A DNA stretch of 56,802 nt from Crocinitomicaceae bacterium (GTDB lineage Bacteria > Bacteroidota > Bacteroidia > Flavobacteriales_D > Sanyastnellaceae): positions 1 to 56,802 of the forward strand of contig PBIE01000044.1 in NCBI GenBank assembly GCA_002720375.1. The letters are read 5' to 3'. A program made the position numbers and the translations under genes. The notes beneath the pieces were generated by a model. That model saw only the letters and a list, made by a program, of their open reading frames with translations, was not told the origin of the DNA and ran no database searches. Of this stretch, positions 17,601 through 23,290 are shown piece by piece (the stretch's first letter is position 1; every line of letters starts with the position of its first letter).

Positions 17601-18712
17601 GCATCCACATCGTAGTTGCACGCCATTGAATCCATGCAACCAAAGATTTCGGTCTCATCACAGACCCCATTGCCGTTGACATCATTGAGACAATTGCCAT
17701 CGCAGTCCTCATAAAGGTCGGCGTACGTGCAGCTGTCGTTGTCATCAATCGTGGCTGTGTCATCGTAATTACAAGCGGAAGCATCAGTGCAACCCACGCA
17801 CGAGTCATATTCGCATGAACCATCATCATCGGTGGCACTGGCGTTGTAGTTACAGGCTCCTGCCGTGGTACAACCAGATGTTTCGTTTTCGTCACAAATG
17901 CCATCCATATCGGCATCGTTTATGCAGTCCCCGTTACAATCCAAGTACGCCTCTTCTGGATAGGTGCAAGAACCATCATCAGCGTCTGCCGCCTCGTCAT
18001 AGTTGCATGCTGCGGCATCAGTGCAGCCCTCGACAGCGCCAGTAGGCCATACAAACGTTGGAAGGTCTCCATCAACTAGGTATTGGTCAGTTCCCACTCC
18101 TCCCATGAAAATCTGAGTGTACAAGGACACACTGAGTTCACCTGTTGTAGTGAATTGTCCGACCAGCACCTTGAGGTCTTCACCCGCGAAACCATTAGCA
18201 TCGCCATTCAATGCATACCATGCACCGCCAATTGCGTCATCAATTATAATGTTGCCTCCTGCTAAGCCTCCACCGGGATCAAACGTGGTTGTCCAGGGGT
18301 TGATGCTCGACTGCACTGTTGATATAGCAGCCTCTCCAGCAAGAGCATCGGGTATTCCCTGCAGCCCAATCGTGACCCAACTGTCGTATTCAGTATCAGG
18401 GAACGCCCCAAAAAGAAGGCTGTTGATCCCGTTCGGTGTCGCAGCACCCAAGACAGCATGAAAAAAGTCGGTCGTCGTCGTCACTGATGTCGGATTTGGC
18501 GCGTCACCAGATATGGAACTGAGGAAATCATTTTCATTTTCCATGGTGATGTAAGCCCGATAACAACTGTAACCGGTCAAATCAATCGTTGCCGTCGGAC
18601 CGACCAGAAGGCCAATATCATCAGAGACAACCTCCACTTCCAGACCATAAGTCTGGGCGGATATTAAGGATGGTAATAGGCACAGGGCCAAAAGGAGCTT
18701 ATGCAGCTTCAT
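14642..18712 (-). CDS. Secreted mosaic T9SS cargo protein B (1356 aa): two copies of unrecognised ~180-aa module, 12 Cys-rich motifs, 6 TSP3-like acidic inserts, FAS1 domain, SprB-like repeats, T9SS C-terminal domain
   Basis: Signal peptide MKLHKLLLALCLLPSLISAQ. Module copies at aa 21-210 and 430-610. FAS1 at aa 688-818. SprB-like units such as VTCAGDMDGSIMVSGSTGGYG and ISVEGGTGDLGFAWEGPEG. CTD LMPNPTDGQLVMEM...GVYQVRLTSG at 14645-14890. Confidence 0.9.
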   Translation of the reverse strand: MKLHKLLLALCLLPSLISAQTYGLEVEVVSDDIGLLVGPTATIDLTGYSCYRAYITMENENDFLSSISGDAPNPTSVTTTTDFFHAVLGAATPNGINSLLFGAFPDTEYDSWVTIGLQGIPDALAGEAAISTVQSSINPWTTTFDPGGGLAGGNIIIDDAIGGAWYALNGDANGFAGEDLKVLVGQFTTTGELSVSLYTQIFMGGVGTDQYLVDGDLPTFVWPTGAVEGCTDAAACNYDEAADADDGSCTYPEEAYLDCNGDCINDADMDGICDENETSGCTTAGACNYNASATDDDGSCEYDSCVGCTDASACNYDDTATIDDNDSCTYADLYEDCDGNCLNDVNGNGVCDETEIFGCMDSMACNYDVDAVYDDGSCTYPAADYLDCNGDCINDEDGDGLCDEEEGCGDPYACNYDPTAAVEEDDYCLVIDTVLVHSAGNLAGMTTYRYYVKCANPADFVSSVSGDVNNPTVVTTTTEFYQDEVGGVTPNSIVSFLFGTLPDLQYDSWVTIGLSESPVSTIGEAAISTVESADNPWTVNFDPGFGTPGGNIVMDDAVGGSWFALNGDNNGIAASHPNNEVLIAQLTTDGEVEGNFYVQIFENGVGANSLYLNFNIGDACIAPDYDCLYSEDVYGVDYLDCDGNCLNDADADGVCDEEEVAGCTDSAALNYDSAATDDDGMCEYPAASVFDIIADSEAHTVLEDLIVLAELDSTLTYGGAWTVFAPTDAAVEALPSYVVDALLADPLSLASVLTYHVVADSVTSDMLTNGMMVETINGQMATITFSGGSVFIDDAEIIIADLYAENGVVHVIDAVLLPSIDGCLDLNACNWNPAADTDDGSCEYESCAGCLNELACNYDSTATINVALSCLFPEDIYGAAYYDCLGNCLNDADGDGTCDEAEVNGCVYEEACNFNPDATEDDGSCEYESCAGCMQALACNFDSTATIDAGCLFPIDLYGTDNVDCDGNCVNDADGDTICDEDEIAGCLDDTACNYDSTATDYDVSLCDYSCFGCTDADAANFDPTATVDDETCLYCELAIDTAAIVFDVTCAGDMDGSIMVSGSTGGYGSVNYALNDGLFQNNLTFEQLAGDSYKIIAMDSLMCTDTLEVLVNEPAAIMLFAFANDVNCNGDSNGSIVATSEGGTGLITYELAGETSVDGNFQDLDAGPYTIFATDENGCEADINATVEEPDAIVITVDETIDPDGAPNGQISISVEGGTGDLGFAWEGPEGNYDTEDIAGLTDGTYSLTVTDENGCEETEVVILTTVGLTEVVGDLEIALMPNPTDGQLVMEMNKLVQDATIEVFDGAGRRVFRQEGMTLSGKVQMDFSNLADGVYQVRLTSGQSFANQQLIIRH
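16259..16651 (-). other. Fasciclin (FAS1) domain inside protein B
   Basis: aa 688-818: VFDIIADSEAHTVLEDLIVLAELDSTL...WTVFAPTDAAVEAL...LTYHVV...NGVVHVIDAVLLP. These match the FAS1 H1, H2 and YH conserved blocks. Confidence 0.8.
16883..17425 (-). other. Unrecognised ~180-aa module, copy 2 of protein B (internal)
   Basis: MTTYRYYVKCANPADFVSSVSGD...LQYDSWVTIGLSE...GGSWFALNGDNNG...VLIAQLTTDGEVEG. It can be aligned along its whole length to copy 1 by eye. Confidence 0.7.
18083..18652 (-). other. Unrecognised ~180-190-aa module, copy 1 of protein B
   Basis: Shared motifs with three other copies in the window: T(Y)R.Y, DF[LV]S[SA][IV].GD, P[DE][LT].YDS[WFY]VTIG[LM], GE..I..V, W...F[DE]PG, GG[AS]W[FY].LNGD.NG.AG....VL[IV][GA]Q[FL]TT.G. 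Confidence 0.7.
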
Positions 18713-18834
18713 GGGTTTGGGGTTGGTTCAAATCGAGTGTAAAATGACCCGTTTGTGAATGCGTTTCATCATGCGTTCCCTTATGCTTTCAACAAGTGAT
18801 GTTGGAAGACCTGAATTCAAAAAACCGGAGAAAC

Positions 18835-18865
18835 AAAAAGGGCGACCTGAGGCCGCCCTTTTTTT
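18835..18865 (-). terminator. Rho-independent terminator after cargo gene C
   Basis: Minus strand reads AAAAAAAGGGCGGCC-TCA-GGTCGCCCTTTTT, an 8-bp GC stem with one G-U pair and a T5 tail. It starts 18 nt downstream of the stop at 18883. Confidence 0.65.
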
Positions 18866-18882
18866 AAATCTTAAAGACCGAT

Positions 18883-21336
18883 TTACTGCTTGACCACACG
18901 AATCACCTCCGTGGTGTTGGCCACATCAATACGCAAGAAATAAACACCGGACTCAAAACCGGCCAAGTCCATTCGTTCCATATGTGTTCCATTCAAATTA
19001 CCCAAGTCGTCACGGCTCACTTCACGGCCGAGGGCATCCACGATTACGGTGGATACAGACTCACCGGCAAGCCCAGAAAATTGAATCTCCACGTTGCCAC
19101 GGGTTGGGTTTGGAAACAGGGTCACCTCAACCAAGTTGAGAACCTCGTCAAGTCCACTCACCACGACAATCGTCGTGCTTGTGAACTCACATCCATTAGC
19201 GTCGGTAACGGTTACCGTGTAGTCACCTGCCGCAACACTTGAGGCGTCCTCATCTGTGCTCGTGAATCCTGGGCCTACCCAACTGTAGGAATATGGCGCT
19301 GTTCCGCCCGTGACGGAAATGTCAATCACACCGTCAGCCTCAGTCCCAGTGGCACCGTCATTGGCATCCACCGTTACCTCGATGGCGTCAGGAGATTCAA
19401 TGGTGACCGTTGTCGCGTTGCTGCACTCATTGTCGTCTTGGACCTCAATTGGGTAGGATCCTGCTGCCAATCCGCTTGCTTCGTTGCCGGGTCCGAAACC
19501 TGCATCGTTGATGTTGTAGGCATACCCCATTCCGCTGCCGCCAGTAGCGCTTACCACGATGGCTCCAGTTTCGTCTCCGTTGCAAAGAACATCCGTGACA
19601 GACGCATCAATTGTAATGTCTGCTGGCTCTTCAAGTGTGAGACTCGCATCGAAAATGCAACCGTTGCCATCAACAACTTCAATGGCAAAGTCTCCGCCTC
19701 CGACCATGCTCAAAATGACGTTGTCAAGGCTATCTCCATTATAAACATACACAAGCGGTGCGGTGCCGCCTTGGACCTCTAAGGCAACGGAACCGTCTGT
19801 ACCGCCGAAACAAGTGGGGCTCACAAGCTCAGCGAGCGACTCAAATTCAGATGGACTGCCAACTGTGACATCCACGAGCGTATCTGCACATCCATTCACA
19901 TCCTGAGCATAGAAGGTGTAGGTCCCTGCAGCCACTGTGAAGGTGTTTTCTGCGCTCATCGGCAAACCATCGGTGCCATATGTTGTGCCATTTCCACTGC
20001 CTCCAAAGTAGTTGAGGACAACAATCCCGTCCTCAGATCCCGGACAAAGGGTCGGGGCAACACCTTGGGCGTAAAGGTTGAAAGGTTGAGGCTGACTCAC
20101 CTGAATTCCAGGCGTATTGTCCATGCAACCATTGGCGTCCAACGCATATACGGTGTAAAGGCCAACACCCACATTTTCGAAAAGAAGTGTTTCAGACCCC
20201 ATTTCGAAATAAAGGCCTGCACCTGTATCTACTGGAGCTGTCATGCTGTACATCACAACACCTGTTCCGCCGGAGCTCATGCCACTCAGGACAGCGTCAG
20301 ATTCACCATTGCAGCTGATTGGGTCAGCCAAACTGGCAGTCACCACCAAAGGGTCAGGCGTTCCAACACCAAGGGTGGTGTCGACTGAACAGCCCACATT
20401 GTCAGTCACCGTTATTGTGACATCTCCTGCTGGAACTGAATTGAAAAGTCCAGTGGCGTTGGAGCTTACTCCGGTACTGAACATTAAGCTCCCCTGTCCC
20501 CCGGAGACTTCCAATGAAATCGTGCCGTCTGCATAGCCGCTGCATGTTACATCTCCAGTCGCAGCGGAGGTGATGACCAACTGAGTAGCTTCAAAATCAC
20601 AAGCGAAAACACAGGTTCCATCATCGTTTGTGGCGTCCATATTGAAGTTTGTGGCAGCCATGTCTGTGCAGCCGAAAATGGCGCCTGGGATACTGCTAAA
20701 AGGGAGCGTGATCAGCGTATCATTGTTTTGGTCCCCTCCTACGAAGGTCGCTACGCTTACAACGCCGAACAACGTCGTGTCCGTCGTGAATTGACCAATG
20801 AGCACCGTGCTGTCGGGTCCTGCGTATCCATTGTTATCCGGATAAAGAGGAAACCAACTGCCACCCGTTTGGGTATCGATAATCAAGTCAGATCCCGTCA
20901 TACCAGCGCCTGGCTCAAACGCAGGAACCCAATCGGACAAAGGATCACCAATGGAGTTAATTGTTTGCTCTCCAGCCTCACTGTTTGCTGGGGAATCCAT
21001 TCCGATGGTCACGAAACTGTCGTATTCCAAATCGGGAGATACAGGAAAGACCAGTGAGTTATAACCCTCATTTGTTAAGCCCCCTAAAGCGCTATGGAAA
21101 AAGTTATTGCCCCCCTGTATGATGGTGGGGAAATCAGCATCGCCGTATACGGCAGTCAAGAAATCGTCTGGTGAATTAAATTTTACGTAGAGACGATACG
21201 TGTTGTAACCTGTAAGGTCTACAGTTCCTACAACACCGATGTTTTCGGCATAGGTCTCCACGATAATTTCCGTGGCTTGAGAATAAGCAAGGGTGCTGCA
21301 GAAAACTGCAATCACACCGAGTAGCAATCGCTTCAT
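18883..21336 (-). CDS. Secreted T9SS cargo protein C (817 aa): unrecognised ~180-aa module, one Cys-rich motif, about 6 SprB-like repeat units, T9SS C-terminal domain
   Basis: ATG 21336 gives the signal peptide MKRLLLGVIAVFCSTLAYSQ. Cys motif GCTDMAATNFNMDATNDDGTCVF at 20605-20673. SprB-like units (VTCSGYADGTISLEVSGGQG, LCNGDETGAIVVSATGGSG, ISVTGGTAPYSYSWVGPG) at 19165-20601. CTD LFPNPTRGNVEIQF...GVYFLRID at 18886-19134. Confidence 0.9.
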   Translation of the reverse strand: MKRLLLGVIAVFCSTLAYSQATEIIVETYAENIGVVGTVDLTGYNTYRLYVKFNSPDDFLTAVYGDADFPTIIQGGNNFFHSALGGLTNEGYNSLVFPVSPDLEYDSFVTIGMDSPANSEAGEQTINSIGDPLSDWVPAFEPGAGMTGSDLIIDTQTGGSWFPLYPDNNGYAGPDSTVLIGQFTTDTTLFGVVSVATFVGGDQNNDTLITLPFSSIPGAIFGCTDMAATNFNMDATNDDGTCVFACDFEATQLVITSAATGDVTCSGYADGTISLEVSGGQGSLMFSTGVSSNATGLFNSVPAGDVTITVTDNVGCSVDTTLGVGTPDPLVVTASLADPISCNGESDAVLSGMSSGGTGVVMYSMTAPVDTGAGLYFEMGSETLLFENVGVGLYTVYALDANGCMDNTPGIQVSQPQPFNLYAQGVAPTLCPGSEDGIVVLNYFGGSGNGTTYGTDGLPMSAENTFTVAAGTYTFYAQDVNGCADTLVDVTVGSPSEFESLAELVSPTCFGGTDGSVALEVQGGTAPLVYVYNGDSLDNVILSMVGGGDFAIEVVDGNGCIFDASLTLEEPADITIDASVTDVLCNGDETGAIVVSATGGSGMGYAYNINDAGFGPGNEASGLAAGSYPIEVQDDNECSNATTVTIESPDAIEVTVDANDGATGTEADGVIDISVTGGTAPYSYSWVGPGFTSTDEDASSVAAGDYTVTVTDANGCEFTSTTIVVVSGLDEVLNLVEVTLFPNPTRGNVEIQFSGLAGESVSTVIVDALGREVSRDDLGNLNGTHMERMDLAGFESGVYFLRIDVANTTEVIRVVKQ
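20725..21276 (-). other. Unrecognised ~180-aa module, copy in protein C
   Basis: TVDLTGYNTYRLYVKFNSPDDFLTAVYGD...LEYDSFVTIGMDS...GGSWFPLYPDNNGYAGPDSTVLIGQFTTDT. Confidence 0.7.
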
Positions 21337-21449
21337 GCGTTGTTTGGTGTTAATTGTGAATCGATGCGCAATATAGACGCATCGAAGCACTCGTTCTATT
21401 CAATTCGTCTCATAGTAATGAAGGAATTTTCAAAGTGTCGGTAAGAGAA

Positions 21450-21480
21450 AACGAAGGGGGCCAATTGGCCCCCTCCTAAA
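21450..21480 (-). terminator. Rho-independent terminator after cargo gene D
   Basis: GGGGGCC-AATT-GGCCCCC at 21456-21473, followed on the minus strand by TTCGTTTTCTCTT. It lies about 25 nt downstream of the stop at 21499. Confidence 0.6.
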
Positions 21481-21498
21481 AAATTCAGTTCGCACTCC

Positions 21499-23253
21499 TT
21501 ACTTCACCGTTAGACGCAACGTGCTTCTGCGCATGCCATTCCGAACCTCGAAGAGATAAACACCAGATCGAAAGGCCTCCAGACTGTAGACTGACACCAA
21601 TCCAGGCACCACACGGGTGCGTTCGAATAAGACAACCTTACCGAAAAGATCGAATACGCGGATGTCCACGAGACCATCAAATCCATCAAAACGGACATTG
21701 AGCTGATCATCTGCGGGATTGGGGTATGCCTGCAGCCCTATAAAGTCCCTTACCTGCTCTATATCAACAACCGTGCTGACGGTGTCTCCATAGCAATCGA
21801 GACAACTTCCATAGCAGTAAGCGCCGAGCACTTCAGGTTGTCCTGATCGGACATGACTCCGATTAAATTCACCGAAAGGATTGGCCTGTCCACATCCACC
21901 TGATTCGAAATCGCCTAGCTCAGCGACGCTGTCGTCTTGGACACCATCGGGATAAGGGTCACCATTGCAAAATCGATATTCAAAAAACGCTGCTCCGGAC
22001 ACCTCGTAGGTCACATCGAATACGTTGTCTCCGTCTGTGTCGCTCATCTCCAAGGCACCCGCTTGCCACTGAGGCGATGTCATTCCACCAATCAACCAAA
22101 CTCCGTTTTCCGATACTGTTTCGTTGGTCATGTCCACTTGAAATACAATCGTTGCAGGCTCTGGATCTGCCACGCAGGTCTCAGAGCACTGATTGTAGCA
22201 ATATTGAACGGTGAGCGGATCACCCGTAACTGAGAACGCGCGGTTGCCATCTGTTGTGCATTCTCCCGGAGGGTTTTCATTGTCGATGTTGCCTTCTCCG
22301 TCCCCTCCCCAATTGTTGCCGTTAATAAACTTGAACTGATGATTCCCGGGAACCACGTCGATGGTAGCCTCATATATAAGGTCTCCATCATCATCGCTAA
22401 GAAAATCCACGCCTGGGGTCCACCCTTGGAAACTGCCGGCCACACAAACACCATTTCCAGAGACAGAAGCTTGTGTGCTCATGTCCACGCGGAACGTGAC
22501 CGCGCTCGGAGCGATGCATCCTCCGCACTGGTTGTAACAATGTGCTTGGCCAGCCGCAACCTCATACACCAAGTCTCCCCCATCAAGAGGCAAAAACCGA
22601 TTGCCCTGATTGGCGCACTCCCCTTCTAGATTTTCATCGAAGCCCCATGCATTTCCATTGACGAACTTGAACATGGCAGTGTCTACGGGATCGGTTGCCG
22701 CCCCATCAATGGTGGCGACATACGTATAAACCAGATCACCATCAGCGTCGTCCATCATCAGGAAGTTTGCTCCATCCCAAGCATTGAAGTTTCCATTCAT
22801 GTGCACGCCTACTGGGTTGATGGCATCCTCTTGACTCATGTCGACTTTAAACAAGACCGTGGTCGTGCCGCAGGCGCCACATTGACCAAAGCAAGGTGTG
22901 TCCAACGCCATCTCCCCCTCCAATTCGAAGTACCGGTTGGAGCCTCCATTCCAAGCACATGCTTCAGGCGCTGATTCATCCGCCCCCCATGCGTTTCCAT
23001 TGATGAACTTATACTCCACGATGTCGATTGTATCCGCCACATCTACAGTGACTTCATAAACCCCATCCATGTTGGTATCGGCCATTGGTGTCAAGGCGGG
23101 ATCCCAACCTTGGAAGTTGCCAGCGACATGCACGCCTACCGCATCATCGACGGCCTGATTGTTCATATCCACGCTGAATGTCACGGATACAGTCTGTGCC
23201 TGCACGGTCCATTCTAGAACCATTGCAAGCCAAAAGAAGGATGTTAATCTCAT
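21499..23253 (-). CDS. Secreted T9SS cargo protein D (584 aa) with four tandem CBM48/CBM20-like (AMPK-beta glycogen-binding-like) modules
   Basis: Signal peptide MRLTSFFWLAMVLEWTVQAQ. Four ~110-120-aa repeats, each F.VDM...GV.[VM].G.F..W......M.D.DGD.[VI]Y......G...FKF[IV]NGN.WG..E...C....NR...C[YF].[QS]C..C. CTD AYPNPADDQLNVRF...GVYLFEV at 21502-21747. Confidence 0.88.
   Translation of the reverse strand: MRLTSFFWLAMVLEWTVQAQTVSVTFSVDMNNQAVDDAVGVHVAGNFQGWDPALTPMADTNMDGVYEVTVDVADTIDIVEYKFINGNAWGADESAPEACAWNGGSNRYFELEGEMALDTPCFGQCGACGTTTVLFKVDMSQEDAINPVGVHMNGNFNAWDGANFLMMDDADGDLVYTYVATIDGAATDPVDTAMFKFVNGNAWGFDENLEGECANQGNRFLPLDGGDLVYEVAAGQAHCYNQCGGCIAPSAVTFRVDMSTQASVSGNGVCVAGSFQGWTPGVDFLSDDDGDLIYEATIDVVPGNHQFKFINGNNWGGDGEGNIDNENPPGECTTDGNRAFSVTGDPLTVQYCYNQCSETCVADPEPATIVFQVDMTNETVSENGVWLIGGMTSPQWQAGALEMSDTDGDNVFDVTYEVSGAAFFEYRFCNGDPYPDGVQDDSVAELGDFESGGCGQANPFGEFNRSHVRSGQPEVLGAYCYGSCLDCYGDTVSTVVDIEQVRDFIGLQAYPNPADDQLNVRFDGFDGLVDIRVFDLFGKVVLFERTRVVPGLVSVYSLEAFRSGVYLFEVRNGMRRSTLRLTVK
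21793..23190 (-). repeat. Four tandem protein-level repeats (carbohydrate-binding-module-like) in protein D
   Basis: Repeat boundaries are about aa 22-128, 131-246, 251-360 and 368-487. Each has the GSF.GW / HQFKFINGNNWG-type signature and four conserved Cys. Confidence 0.8.
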
Positions 23254-23290
23254 GTGTTGCTTCTGCTTAGGGCGAATTTAACTTGCCCAT

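Noticed and set aside
12932-18028. Possibility that the periodic short repeats are a CRISPR array or non-coding tandem repeat
   Set aside because: The periodicity exists only at protein level and in one continuous reading frame. The DNA copies are divergent, the spacing is irregular (22-50 codons), and there is no constant direct repeat or cas gene.
11951-23253. Genomic island, polymorphic toxin (Rhs/MAFB-like) or mobile element
   Set aside because: No integrase, transposase, tRNA target, flanking direct repeats, immunity-like small ORFs or toxin-type C-termini were seen. All C-termini are T9SS sorting domains, and the flanking genes are ordinary metabolic genes.
23254-23290. Operator or palindrome in the 37-nt divergent gap between the CBM-repeat gene and the GH13 gene
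   Set aside because: No inverted or direct repeat was found by eye and there is no clean TAnnTTTG element. Only the short spacing itself is worth reporting.
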